This document shows, piece after piece, positions 19,605-30,063 of a DNA stretch of 64,000 bases. Under the pieces are notes generated by a model that had not been told where the DNA came from, made no database searches, and saw nothing but the letters and a program-made list of their open reading frames with translations. The translations under genes and the position numbers were made by a program. Location: contig NYZP01000030.1 of the NCBI GenBank assembly GCA_002687175.1, forward strand, positions 227 through 64,226. The letters run 5' to 3'. Source of the DNA: Parcubacteria group bacterium (lineage in GTDB: Bacteria; Patescibacteriota; Patescibacteriia; Buchananbacterales; UBA6539). Each line of letters begins with the position of its first letter. Within the stretch, counting starts at the first letter, position 1.

Positions 19605-20423
19605 ATGATGTTTAATAAAAAAGTATTAATCGCCACGGTATTCATTTTCGCCCTAGGTGCTTACATCACAGTGGTAAATGCTAGTCATTCATAGGGAAAT
19701 TATCACTGGGGAAGAACAACAAGTACTTTTACCCTTGAGCTTGGAGACAATCTTTCTTCAGATTGGGATTCTTATTTAGTAACTACCAGCAGTGACTGGA
19801 GCCAATCAACTGCTCTTGATACAATTATAAAATCAGGTAAAGGTAAAAGAAACTGTCGAGCCACTGATGGTCGTGCTGAAGTATGTAATAGCAGTTATGG
19901 TAATAATGGTTGGTTAGGAATAGCTCAAATTTGGATTAGCGGCGAACACATCACTAAAGGTGTTGTTAAAGTTAATGATTCTTATTTTGATACTCCTACC
20001 TATGATACTCCAGCTTGGAGAAATGTAGTTATGTGTCAGGAGGTTGGACACATCCTTGGTCTTGGTCACGTAGATGAAGATTTCAATAACCCACCATCAG
20101 GTACCTGCATGGATTATTCAGCTGATCCGGAACCAAATCAACATCCAAATCAACATGATTATGACATGTTAGAAATAATCTACGCTCACCTTGATAGTGT
20201 TGATACCTATAAATCTTCTGATGACGATGGCGGTGGTAACGGTAATAATGGTAGAGGCGGTGGTAGAGGTAAGCCAGAAGGAGTTGGCAACAACATGGAC
20301 TTAAATGACCCATCAGCTTGGGGACAATCTATTAAAGAAGATGCCCAAGGAAATAAATCTTTATTTGTAAAGGATTTAGGTAATGGTGAAAAATTATTCA
20401 CCTTTGTTACCTGGATTCAATAA
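19605..20423 (+). pseudogene. Secreted matrixin/metzincin-like protein with premature TAG at 19692
   Basis: ATG 19605 plus signal peptide is in frame with the 20031 ORF; single TAG in SHS*GNYHW; QEVGHILGLGH and Met-turn TCMDY. Confidence 0.8.
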
Positions 20424-20449
20424 GTTGATAGCTTAAATTAAAAATCCTT

Positions 20450-20482
20450 AAACAGCCCGCTATATTCTAGCGGGCTGTTTTT
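20450..20482 (+). terminator. Intrinsic terminator
   Basis: aaacagcccgcta-tattc-tagcgggctgttttt. Confidence 0.8.
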
Positions 20483-20573
20483 ATATCATTGACAATTTAG
20501 AAAAAATATAATAGTATAATTTATCGTTCATTGAATGTTAAATACTACTCAACTTGGAAAGGAGGTATACCCA

Positions 20574-21131
20574 ATGCCTACCTATAGGATGATTCGCTGT
20601 GGCACAGACTATTCTTTTGTGATTGTAGTAACACCAGCAGATACTGACCCTATGTCAGAGGATGGTACTTTTTATCGGTACCTTAGGGAAGATGACGGAG
20701 ATGACCCAGCAGTTTTTTATGAAATAGAAAGACTAACAGCCGTTGGTTATTTTGGTGGCATATATGACGGATCTCGTGCTTTTGCACCAAGAAAACGTTT
20801 CGAATCCCTTGACGCCATATTGGAATTTATCCATGGTGATGACCATTCAATACGAGTCAAGGTTACAGCAGATGAAGCTGGAGAAGTGCTTGTTGGTTAC
20901 GGATATCTTCAAGAAGCTGTGATTGTATATATTGTAAGAGCACCTGACGGTAAATTAAGGAGTAGAAAAAACCCAGAAGAAAAGCCATCTGAAAAAGAAA
21001 TTTCTGAGTGGGGCGGACAGTTGATAGTTGAAGGTAACCATCACAAAATTGTACTTGATGATGGTAGGGAAGTTTACGATTTCCAAGTTCACTGGGATGA
21101 AGTTCTTGAAGGAGAGGAGGAACACGTATGA
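20574..21131 (+). CDS. Hypothetical acidic protein
   Basis: SD ggagg upstream of ATG 20574; ttgaca/tataat-type promoter upstream. Confidence 0.65.
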   Translation: MPTYRMIRCGTDYSFVIVVTPADTDPMSEDGTFYRYLREDDGDDPAVFYEIERLTAVGYFGGIYDGSRAFAPRKRFESLDAILEFIHGDDHSIRVKVTADEAGEVLVGYGYLQEAVIVYIVRAPDGKLRSRKNPEEKPSEKEISEWGGQLIVEGNHHKIVLDDGREVYDFQVHWDEVLEGEEEHV

Positions 21132-21349
21132 AGAGAAAATTATCGTTATTTTGGATTATCCATTTCAGTAGCAAGCCTAATGAACGACACGAAGTAATTG
21201 CTCTGACCAAGGGTCAAGCTATTGAAAAAGCTTGCTTAATATACAGGCTTAAAAAAAGACATGTTGTAACTGCTTTTCATGTAGGCAAAGCCAGAGAAAA
21301 GCATAGGTCCTATCTTACCAGGAGATTAAGGGAACTACATTCTTGGTAA
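21128..21349 (+). CDS. Small basic hypothetical protein
   Basis: SD gaggagg, ATGA overlap with the upstream gene. Confidence 0.55.
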   Translation: MKRKLSLFWIIHFSSKPNERHEVIALTKGQAIEKACLIYRLKKRHVVTAFHVGKAREKHRSYLTRRLRELHSW

Positions 21350-21466
21350 TTAGTATTCATTTCAGTTAGCTTAATCAGGTTAACAACCAAAGCTCAATGA
21401 TAATATCAAAGAGCTTTTTTTATTTTAAATTTTGTTAATTAACAAATTTTTGCTAAGATTAGGTTA

Positions 21467-22561
21467 ATGTTATTTGGACTTATAAATTTAATAGTAATTG
21501 CCCCGATGATTCTTTTTTCTCTTGGGGTTACTTATCTTTTAAATAATGGCGAACCAACATATAAAGTCTTGACACGACCGGAAAAAATAGAGGTCAAAGC
21601 CATCTACATGACTGGTTATACGGCTGGCTGGAAAGCACGCAGGGAAGAATTAATTAATTTGATTGAAACTACCGAGCTTAATGCCGTGGTTATAGATATT
21701 AAAGATTCTACTGGTAGGATCTTTTTTGATACTAATATACCATTAGTTAATAAAATTGGTGCCGAGGATATTAGAATTCCTGATTTAGCAGAGTTAGTCC
21801 AGGATTTAAAAAGCAGGGGAATTTATACTATTGCCAGGATGGTGGTGTTTCAAGATCCCTATTTAGCCAGAAGTAAGCCGGAAATCGCTTTAAATGCAAA
21901 ATACGGTGGCCTTTGGCGTGATTGGAAAGGTCTATCTTGGGTTGACCCAACCCAAAAGTTTGTTTGGGATTATAATATGGATTTAGCCAAAGAGGCAGTT
22001 AAATTAGGCTTTGATGAAATTAATTTTGATTATATTCGTTTTCCTTCGGATGGCAATATTAAACAAATCTCTTTTGCAAATCTAAAGGATAGCAGTTCCC
22101 TTGGTAAGTCAGAAGTGATGAAGAGTTTTTATGAGTATCTAAATGAAACCCTAAGCTATGTACCAGTTATTACTTCGGCTGACATGTTCGGCATGGTTCT
22201 TTGGCGTGATGATGGTTTGAATATTGGTCAACGGTTTGACGATGCCGCTCCTAATTTTGATTTCATAGCTCCGATGGTATATCCATCTCATTATCCTTCT
22301 GGTTTTGAAGGTTTTGCTAATCCAGCGGCTCATCCTTACGAGGTTATCTATCGCAGTTTAATCCAAGTTGAGGACAGACTAGTTGACTCACGAGCTCAAC
22401 TTAGGCCTTGGCTCCAGGATTTTGATTTAGGTGCAGTTTATACTCCAGAGATGATACGTTTACAAAAACAGGCAACTTATGATGGCGGTGGCAATGGTTG
22501 GTTTTTATGGAATGCCTCTAATAACTATACCGTAGGCGGACTTGAGTTAGCCATAGAATAA
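21467..22561 (+). CDS. Putative glycoside hydrolase (DUF4015 family)
   Basis: NAVVIDIKD, IARMVVFQD, GFDEINFDYIRFP, PMVYPSHY, RPWLQDF. Confidence 0.85.
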   Translation: MLFGLINLIVIAPMILFSLGVTYLLNNGEPTYKVLTRPEKIEVKAIYMTGYTAGWKARREELINLIETTELNAVVIDIKDSTGRIFFDTNIPLVNKIGAEDIRIPDLAELVQDLKSRGIYTIARMVVFQDPYLARSKPEIALNAKYGGLWRDWKGLSWVDPTQKFVWDYNMDLAKEAVKLGFDEINFDYIRFPSDGNIKQISFANLKDSSSLGKSEVMKSFYEYLNETLSYVPVITSADMFGMVLWRDDGLNIGQRFDDAAPNFDFIAPMVYPSHYPSGFEGFANPAAHPYEVIYRSLIQVEDRLVDSRAQLRPWLQDFDLGAVYTPEMIRLQKQATYDGGGNGWFLWNASNNYTVGGLELAIE

Positions 22562-22670
22562 TGGCTTAACTTGTGGATAATTTGGTAAATTTTAATTTGC
22601 TCTAAATGGTCGTTTTTGTTAAAGTGTACTCACATTAAAAATTAGATATACCTCCTTAAGGTTTTATCAT

Positions 22671-24173
22671 ATGTATTTAGAATTTTTATCATTTAGGAGG
22701 AGGGTTAAGGCCACATTTACGGTAGGTCTTTTTTTTATATTAATAATTTTTTTATTATTAGCTGCTCCAGTAAGTGCAGAAACTAACAACTCAATTTCCG
22801 GACGTATTTTTGAAGACCTTAATTTTAATGATGTTCTAGATGATGGTGAGATTATTCTAGAAGATTGGACATTAAATTTGTACAAAGCTGACAATCTAGT
22901 TAGTTCACAAAAAACTAATGAAGCCGGTAAATATTTTTTTGGTAATTTAGCTTCCGGGGAATATTCGTTAAAGTTAACAATTCCTGATAAGTGGTTAGCA
23001 GTTTCCGCTAGTTTAGTAACTGTTAATGTTGCTACTAACTCTAGTCAAGAAATAAATTTTACTGCCTATAAGATATTTAGAGAGGAGCCAGTTTTAAGTC
23101 CGATGATGACATTGACTAATCAAAGTGTTGAAGTGTTATCACCAACCTCTGTTAGGATTACTTGGTTTACCAATAAAGAAGCTACGACTCAAGTTGTTTT
23201 TGATAAATCAGGTGTTAGTAATGATCAGCTGATAATTAGTAACAATAGTTTAAGCTACAATTTTTCATCAGTAATAGATTTCAATGGAAATACTTTTCAT
23301 TCAGTTATTTTGACTGACTTAGACCCGGCGGCAACCTATAACTATCGCGCTGCTTCAATTCCTAATCCCAGACAATGGCGTGGTTCACCTCGGATTTATA
23401 CTGACGAAGTAGATTTTGTTACCGATAAATTACCACCAGAGGTTAGTCAGCCATTACCAAGTACAACAATTGAGGAACAGGATCCTGTTTCAGAAATAAT
23501 ACCTGATGGGCAAGTTTTAGGAGTTAAAAAAGATTTAGCGGTGACTGAAGTTGTTTCCGAGAAAAATTTAGTCATTGAAGACCCTGACGAGAAAGACCAA
23601 AGTGAAGAAGTAGTATTGAATGAAGAATTACCAATTAATGTTGCAAATCCTTCACTAGACTCATTCAACTGCCGGCCACATATTTGGATTCTGCTAATTT
23701 TAAATGTATTTGCGATCGTAGTACTTAGATCAAAAGGTCAAAGAACAAAAAGTAATAGGGTTCAAAGACTTTGGTATTTAGTGGCAATTCTGGTGGCAGG
23801 GCCAACAACACTTGGTTACCCAGGTTGCTGGTTGATAACTTGGTTAGTATTTACTTTAGTATTATCAATAGCTATTATAGCCGGGTTTAAAAGTAAACCA
23901 CCAAATAACAATTCAGGGCCGTCATATATAGTTCCCGAAAAACCGCCAACCATTCCTAAAATTGTAGATACCATTAATGATAAACAAACTGTTGAAAAAC
24001 CCGAAATAAAATCATCAATTGAAAAAGTAAATAATGAGGTTAATACGAACGCAACTTCTCCGCCAATTAATTTACCACCGCCATCATCGTCACCAATAAC
24101 ATCGCCTCCAGCTGAACCAAAAAATGATCCCAATCAACCAGATCCACCGCCAGACAACCGATTTCCTCTTTAG
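22671..24173 (+). CDS. Surface protein with SdrD-B-like and FN3-like domains, TM helices and Pro-rich tail
   Basis: ISGRIFEDLNFNDVLDDGE...GKYFF.NL.SGEY; ITWFTN...HSVILTDL.PAATYNYR; TM segments; poly-Pro tail. Confidence 0.7.
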   Translation: MYLEFLSFRRRVKATFTVGLFFILIIFLLLAAPVSAETNNSISGRIFEDLNFNDVLDDGEIILEDWTLNLYKADNLVSSQKTNEAGKYFFGNLASGEYSLKLTIPDKWLAVSASLVTVNVATNSSQEINFTAYKIFREEPVLSPMMTLTNQSVEVLSPTSVRITWFTNKEATTQVVFDKSGVSNDQLIISNNSLSYNFSSVIDFNGNTFHSVILTDLDPAATYNYRAASIPNPRQWRGSPRIYTDEVDFVTDKLPPEVSQPLPSTTIEEQDPVSEIIPDGQVLGVKKDLAVTEVVSEKNLVIEDPDEKDQSEEVVLNEELPINVANPSLDSFNCRPHIWILLILNVFAIVVLRSKGQRTKSNRVQRLWYLVAILVAGPTTLGYPGCWLITWLVFTLVLSIAIIAGFKSKPPNNNSGPSYIVPEKPPTIPKIVDTINDKQTVEKPEIKSSIEKVNNEVNTNATSPPINLPPPSSSPITSPPAEPKNDPNQPDPPPDNRFPL

Positions 24174-24257
24174 ATATAGCCCCTCGTTAAAAACGAGGGG
24201 TTTGACAAATTAGGTCTATAATATTATATTTTAAAAGTTTACATTAAATTTTTGAAA

Positions 24258-25352
24258 ATGTTTTTGTTAAAAAGTATAAAATCAGATAAAAAACACAACA
24301 AGCTAAAAAATTTTAGACGACTTATTATCGCTGAGAAAAAAGAGTTCAGTCAACTGCTGACTGGAAAAGAAACTTCCAAAAAATTTTTTAAAGACTCAGG
24401 AAATTTATTAAAAGATTTTTTTATTCCTTATTCAGGAAATAATCATAAACCAAAAATTTTAAGATCAGATAGCCTGGCCAGTTATGCGATCATAGCAATA
24501 ATTGTAAAGATGTTTACTGTTGGCTTCTTGTTTTTAGCTTATCCCAATCCGGCCCAACTTAGTTCTATTGTCGCTTCGAATATTATTAATTTAACAAATC
24601 AATCTAGACTAGATAGTGGACTTAATAAGTTGTCAGAAAATTCATTATTATCTTCATATGCTTTAGCCAAGGCCGAGGATATGATGAATCGAAATTATTT
24701 TAGCCATGATACCCCTGAAGGCAAACACCCCTGGCAATGGATTAATCGGGGTGAGTATGACTATATTTATGCTGGAGAAAACATGGCCATGGATTTTATT
24801 AGCGCAGAAACAGTTCAGGCCGCATACCTGAAAAGTCCCAGTCATCGACAAAATATTTTAAATTCAAATTATCAAGACATTGGTGTTGCCGTCTTGCATG
24901 GAGAACTAAATAATAAACAAACTACTTTACTGGTAGTTTTTTTCGCTACTAAGAGAAGTGATTTGCTTGATTTAGGGACTAAGCCAGCTATAGCTATAAA
25001 TAACGATAATGCAACTTTTTTAGATACTGATTTGATTGAGCAGCCAACCGTTGCCGGAGTTCAAACGATTGTCCAAGACAATAAATCTAATGATGGTGTG
25101 GTACATGTTGCTGCTACTCAAAAATCTGGTAAATCAGTGGTTGATTTTGTGGTTGAGTATTCAAATATTTTCTTTTTAGCATTTTTGTTTTTTATTTTAA
25201 TATCATTGGTAGCTAATATAATTATCAAGGCAAAAATTCAGCATCCGACGATAATTTTACAAAGCCTTGCCGTAGTTTCTTTATTGGCCGCATTGTTGCT
25301 TGCTAAAATTCACTTTATTGAAAAGGTTACGTCACAACTTTTAATACTCTAA
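24258..25352 (+). CDS. CAP/SCP domain membrane protein
   Basis: TNQSR...L..L.EN.LL...A..KAEDM..RNYFSH, AGENMA, SPSHRQNILN. Confidence 0.85.
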   Translation: MFLLKSIKSDKKHNKLKNFRRLIIAEKKEFSQLLTGKETSKKFFKDSGNLLKDFFIPYSGNNHKPKILRSDSLASYAIIAIIVKMFTVGFLFLAYPNPAQLSSIVASNIINLTNQSRLDSGLNKLSENSLLSSYALAKAEDMMNRNYFSHDTPEGKHPWQWINRGEYDYIYAGENMAMDFISAETVQAAYLKSPSHRQNILNSNYQDIGVAVLHGELNNKQTTLLVVFFATKRSDLLDLGTKPAIAINNDNATFLDTDLIEQPTVAGVQTIVQDNKSNDGVVHVAATQKSGKSVVDFVVEYSNIFFLAFLFFILISLVANIIIKAKIQHPTIILQSLAVVSLLAALLLAKIHFIEKVTSQLLIL

Positions 25353-25427
25353 ATAATCATTTAGTTAAAAAAGATATAGCCCCAAAACGGGGTTTTATTG
25401 TCTTAAAAATTGTGTTATATTAAGGTT

Positions 25428-26987
25428 ATGGCAAATTCTAAAAAAAAACAAAAAAAGCAAAATAATTCTAAATCAGAAGATGTAAAAAGTGATTTTATAA
25501 CGGTTGCTTCTCATCAATTAAGAACTCCAATTTCGGCAATTCGCTGGTCACTCGACACTTTACTCAGTGCCCGAACAGGCAAATTATCTGACAAACAAAA
25601 AGAAATAGTATCTCAAGCTTATCAGAATAATAAATTCATGGTTAAGGTAGTTAATGATTTGTTGAGAGTCTCTCGCCTCGAGGAGAAAGGAATTAATCTT
25701 GTTCCTAAATTTGTAAATTTTGAAAAATTAGTTAAGGAACTCTTATCACGTCATAAATATTTTGCTGATGCTTGCAACTGTAAAATAAGTATCGTAGTTG
25801 AAAATAATTTGCCTAAAGTTTACATCGACCCTTTGCAAATCAAGCCCGTCATTAATGGATTAATAGACAATGCCATTCGTTATGGCCGAGACAAAGGAAC
25901 TGTAAAAATTAATTTAAAGAAGTCAAAAAATCGTGTATTGTTTAAAATAGAGGACAAGGGTATCGGTATTCCGCTTAATCAGAAAGACCTTGTATTTTCT
26001 CAATTTTTTAGAGCGCAAAATGCCATGAAAACACAGACCGAAGGATTAGGCCTTGATTTATATCTGGCAAAAAAAATTATTGAAGCTTCTGGCGGCGAGA
26101 TTAATTTTAGTAGTGTGGTAAATAAAGGAACAATTTTTAATGCCTATTTGCCAATTTCAAAAAATCAGGTTAAAGAAAATGATGATGAAAAAATAAAAAA
26201 AATTGTAGAGGAAAATCCAGAAGATATTTTGAAGAAAGAAAGAGAATTTGTATCAATTACCGTTCATGAATTAAAGGCACCGCTAGGATTAAGTAAATGG
26301 AGTCTAGAGATGTTAAAGGGTGGCAAATCAGGGAACCTAACTGAAAAGCAACTTGGGTTAATTGATCAAGTTTATCGAGGGAACGAAAGATTACTAGTGC
26401 TGGTTCGTGATTTATTAAATTTGTCAAAGCTTCAAGAAGGTAAATTTGAAATTAAGCCAGAGCGAATACAACTTTCTAAAGATATTTTTCAAGTAGTTGA
26501 TGGGTTTCATATAGAAGCTAAAAGAAAAAATATAAATTTACAACTAGTGAAGCCAAAAAATAAATTACCAAAAGTTATCGCAGATAGAAATCGGATTGCT
26601 CAAGTGGCAACTAATCTAATTTCTAATGCCATCAAATATACACCCGCTAACGGTAAGGTAATTGTGTCCTTAAAAAAAATTAGTGGTAAAAAACTTGAAG
26701 ATATGAGTGATGATAATACTACTGTTAATATTAATCATACTGATAATAAAAAAGGGTATTTAGTATTTTCTGTTAAGGATAGTGGTATTGGTATTTCAGA
26801 CAAAGATCAAAAAAAATTATTTAGTCGTTTTTTTAGAAGTGAAAAGGTCTTAGAATCTGAAACTGAAGGAACTGGTCTTGGGTTATATATCACCAAGTCA
26901 ATTATTAATCTACATAAGGGTGATATTTGGTTTAAAAGCAAGTTGGGTCATGGATCAGAATTTTATTTTAGTTTACCAATAGCTTAA
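25428..26987 (+). CDS. Soluble histidine kinase with tandem HisKA-HATPase modules
   Basis: Two H-boxes (SHQLRTP, VHELKAP), each followed by N, G1, F and G2 boxes; no TM segment. Confidence 0.88.
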   Translation: MANSKKKQKKQNNSKSEDVKSDFITVASHQLRTPISAIRWSLDTLLSARTGKLSDKQKEIVSQAYQNNKFMVKVVNDLLRVSRLEEKGINLVPKFVNFEKLVKELLSRHKYFADACNCKISIVVENNLPKVYIDPLQIKPVINGLIDNAIRYGRDKGTVKINLKKSKNRVLFKIEDKGIGIPLNQKDLVFSQFFRAQNAMKTQTEGLGLDLYLAKKIIEASGGEINFSSVVNKGTIFNAYLPISKNQVKENDDEKIKKIVEENPEDILKKEREFVSITVHELKAPLGLSKWSLEMLKGGKSGNLTEKQLGLIDQVYRGNERLLVLVRDLLNLSKLQEGKFEIKPERIQLSKDIFQVVDGFHIEAKRKNINLQLVKPKNKLPKVIADRNRIAQVATNLISNAIKYTPANGKVIVSLKKISGKKLEDMSDDNTTVNINHTDNKKGYLVFSVKDSGIGISDKDQKKLFSRFFRSEKVLESETEGTGLGLYITKSIINLHKGDIWFKSKLGHGSEFYFSLPIA

Positions 26988-27005
26988 AATTAATAATTTA
27001 AGCTT

Positions 27006-27386
27006 ATGAAAAAAGTAAAAATCCTCATTATTGAAGATGACAAATCACTGGTTAGGATTATTGAAGAAGCCCTTGATATAGATAAGTTTAAGGTCGTATT
27101 GGCTTTAAGCGCAGATGAAGGATTGGATAAAGCTTTCTTGGAGAAACCAGATTTAATCGTACTTGACATAATGTTACCAGGACAAAGTGGTTTTAATTGT
27201 CTTAAAAAGCTTAAAGAGAACAAGAAAACCAAAAATATTCCAGTTATTATTTTATCCAATCTAGGACAAGATGAAGAGATTAGGCAAGGTCAAAAATTGG
27301 GTGCTATTGATTATTTAGTTAAAGCTGATTTCACGATTGATGAGATTATTAACAAAATAGTAAAATACACAAGTAAGAAAAAATAA
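27006..27386 (+). CDS. Single-domain response regulator
   Basis: ILIIEDD, PDLIVLDIMLP, IPVIILSN, DYLVK. Confidence 0.92.
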   Translation: MKKVKILIIEDDKSLVRIIEEALDIDKFKVVLALSADEGLDKAFLEKPDLIVLDIMLPGQSGFNCLKKLKENKKTKNIPVIILSNLGQDEEIRQGQKLGAIDYLVKADFTIDEIINKIVKYTSKKK

Positions 27387-27407
27387 ACTTACAAGGTAAT
27401 TTAGGTT

Positions 27408-28322
27408 ATGGCAATTAAAACAATTAAAACAAAGGAACTAAACTGGTACTACTTAACTGACTTTTCAAACAAGGAGTTAGATTTTTTAAAAAATAATTTT
27501 AAATTTCATCCACTTGATTTAAAAGATTGTGCTGGTGAAATTCAACGTACTAAAATTGACAGCTATAAAAACTATTTATTTTTAGTTTTTCAATTACCAA
27601 CTATAGAGAAGAAATCAAAAAGAGTTGGTATTGAGCAAATTTATATTTTTGTTGGTAAGGATTATTTAGTAGTTATTGGTCCAAAAAAAGTAAAGTCTTT
27701 GGCTAATATTTTTTATAAAGCAGTTAATAATAATAGTTTTAAAGAAGACGTTACTATGCAAGGTAGCGGCTATCTGTTATACCGGATTTTGGATTCACTA
27801 CTAAGGTCAAGCTGGACTGTTCACCAATACCTTGACCAAGAAATTGGCAGTGTTGAACTTGAGATTGATGCTGGACGTGGAAAAAAATTAGTTTTTGATA
27901 TTGCTTTCTTAAGAAGAATTATTTTACAACTTAAAACTATTATTGACCCCCAACGTCTTGTCACCAATACTTTAAGTAGGATGAATACAAATTTTTTAGG
28001 AAAAGACATGGCAGTCTATTTTGATGACCTTGATGATTTCATCGAGAAAAATTTATTCATTTTAGAAAGCTATAAGGATCGAATATTAAGCTTGCATGAA
28101 ATAAATGAGTCATTAATTTCATATCGAACGAACACGATCATGAAAATTTTAACCATTTTTTCCGTCGCTTTACTGCCATTAACTTTATTAACGGGAATCT
28201 ATGGTATGAACGTTGATTTACCTTATACTAATACTCCAGGCAGCATCTGGATTATATTTGGTATTTTAAGTTTATTTATTATCGGTATTTTTTTGGTTTT
28301 GAAAAAGAAAAATTGGATATAA
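27408..28322 (+). CDS. corA: CorA family Mg2+ transporter
   Basis: FHPLDLKD, MKILTIFS, GIYGMN signature, two C-terminal TMs. Confidence 0.9.
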   Translation: MAIKTIKTKELNWYYLTDFSNKELDFLKNNFKFHPLDLKDCAGEIQRTKIDSYKNYLFLVFQLPTIEKKSKRVGIEQIYIFVGKDYLVVIGPKKVKSLANIFYKAVNNNSFKEDVTMQGSGYLLYRILDSLLRSSWTVHQYLDQEIGSVELEIDAGRGKKLVFDIAFLRRIILQLKTIIDPQRLVTNTLSRMNTNFLGKDMAVYFDDLDDFIEKNLFILESYKDRILSLHEINESLISYRTNTIMKILTIFSVALLPLTLLTGIYGMNVDLPYTNTPGSIWIIFGILSLFIIGIFLVLKKKNWI

Positions 28323-28343
28323 TTTAGAATAAAATTTGAGTGT

Positions 28344-29351
28344 ATGGGACGTTTTGATATTGTAACAATTGGTGGTGCGGTTAAAGATTTTACTTTTTAT
28401 ACTGACGCTGGCAAGTTTTTTTCTACCCCAGAAAATTTAACAGCTCAACGAATGTTAGCATTCGAGTACGGAGCTAAAATTAATATTAAAGAAGCTCACA
28501 CCAATTTTGGCGGTGGGGCAGCTAACGCGGCTGTATGTTTGTCTAGACTAGGTTTTAAAGTAGCTACACTATCACGTTTAGGTAAAGATGAAATCGCTAA
28601 TGAAATACTTAAAAATTTTAAGAGCGAGAAAGTTAATACCAGTTTTATCCAAATAGATAAAAAGTTGGCTTCAGGGTATTCATTTATTTTAGCCACTGAT
28701 AAAAAGGAGAGGGAACACATTTCTTTTTCGTTTAGAGGGGCGATTGATAATTTACATTTTAATGTTAAAAATTTGTCACGACTTAGCTGTGATTGGATAT
28801 ACCTAACTTCATTATCTGGTAAAGGATGGCTCAAGACTTTAAAAACAATTTTTGATTTCGCGTCCCAGAAAGGTATTAAAATAGCTTGGAATCCCGGCAA
28901 TCATCAATTACAAAGCGGCAAGAAGATTCTTTCACCTTATTTAAAACAAACAGATATTTTAATTTTAAATAAGGATGAAGCAATTGAACTGGTACTTTCC
29001 GGAGTAAAACTAGGTAAAAAAAATCCAAAGCATTTTAATAAACCAATTTATTTATTAAATATTTTAGGGGAATGGGCCCCAAAAATTTCTTTGGTTACTG
29101 GTGGAAAACAAGGAGCTTGGGCTTATGACGGAGCTAACATTTACCGCACCAGCATAGCTAATAAAAAAGTTCTTGATACAACTGGAGTAGGAGATAGCTT
29201 TAGTTCCACATTTTTAGCCGGCCTAATAGCTAATAAAAATAACATTAACAAAGCTTTGAGGTGGGGGGTAGTTAATAGCGGATCAGTAGTTTCTAAGGTT
29301 GGTGCCCAAAATGGTTTACTAAGCCGTAAGAGCTTAAATGATAAAATATGA
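28344..29351 (+). CDS. PfkB family carbohydrate kinase
   Basis: GGGAANAAV.LSRLG, WNPG, LNKDEA, DTTGVGDSF. Confidence 0.9.
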   Translation: MGRFDIVTIGGAVKDFTFYTDAGKFFSTPENLTAQRMLAFEYGAKINIKEAHTNFGGGAANAAVCLSRLGFKVATLSRLGKDEIANEILKNFKSEKVNTSFIQIDKKLASGYSFILATDKKEREHISFSFRGAIDNLHFNVKNLSRLSCDWIYLTSLSGKGWLKTLKTIFDFASQKGIKIAWNPGNHQLQSGKKILSPYLKQTDILILNKDEAIELVLSGVKLGKKNPKHFNKPIYLLNILGEWAPKISLVTGGKQGAWAYDGANIYRTSIANKKVLDTTGVGDSFSSTFLAGLIANKNNINKALRWGVVNSGSVVSKVGAQNGLLSRKSLNDKI

Positions 29352-29929
29352 AAGTGATTATTCAAATATCAGGACGGCATTGTCACATTTCTCGAAAAGA
29401 CCTCGATATAGTATATGGCAAAGGCTACAAGTTAAAACCAATAAAAAAATTGTCACAAACTGGTCAATTTGCTTCTCAAGAGACGGTAACTATTAAAGTG
29501 GGAAATAAAAAAATTGAAGATATTAGGATACTGGGTCCGGTTAGAAAAAATACTCAGGTAGAAATTTCTCTATCTGGTGGACATCGTTTAAATATTAAAC
29601 CGCCGATCATTAGGCATGTTCACCCTGAATCTGCCGGTGGTTGCATTCCGGCTGAGATTATTGGTCCAAATGGTAAAGTTAGAAGCTGTGCCATTATTGC
29701 CGCTCGGCGACACTTACACACTAACCCCAAAACTGCAAAAAAGTTAAAGATTAAAGATGGACAATTAATATCTCTTAAAACGTCTGGAAAAAGGAGTGTT
29801 ATATTTAACAATATTCTTGTCAGAGTCCATCCAAGTTTTAAAACTCGGGTACACTTGGATACTGACGAAGGTAATGCCGCTGGGTTAATAGGCGGAGAAA
29901 AAGGGGAACTTATGCTAAATAACTCTTAA
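29348..29929 (+). CDS. pduL: PduL-type phosphate acyltransferase
   Basis: SGRHCHIS, LSQTGQFA, ILGPVR..TQVEIS, ARRHLH, HLDTDEGNAA. Confidence 0.88.
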   Translation: MKVIIQISGRHCHISRKDLDIVYGKGYKLKPIKKLSQTGQFASQETVTIKVGNKKIEDIRILGPVRKNTQVEISLSGGHRLNIKPPIIRHVHPESAGGCIPAEIIGPNGKVRSCAIIAARRHLHTNPKTAKKLKIKDGQLISLKTSGKRSVIFNNILVRVHPSFKTRVHLDTDEGNAAGLIGGEKGELMLNNS

Positions 29930-29938
29930 TATAAAATT

Positions 29939-30022
29939 ATGGATTCAGGATTAATGTGGACAACTTTGATAATAATTTTCATCGGAGTCGTGGCAGGACT
30001 TATTGTTAAATCTAAACTCTAA
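29939..30022 (+). CDS. 27-aa single-TM peptide
   Basis: MDSGLMWTTLIIIFIGVVAGLIVKSKL*; starts 9 nt after the pduL stop within the operon. Confidence 0.45.
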   Translation: MDSGLMWTTLIIIFIGVVAGLIVKSKL

Positions 30023-30063
30023 TCATTTTTAAAAAAATTAAACAAAAGTGTTAGTTTTTAATT

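Noticed and set aside
19692-19694. Amber recoding or alternative genetic code
   Set aside because: TAG and TGA terminate many conserved genes normally in this window
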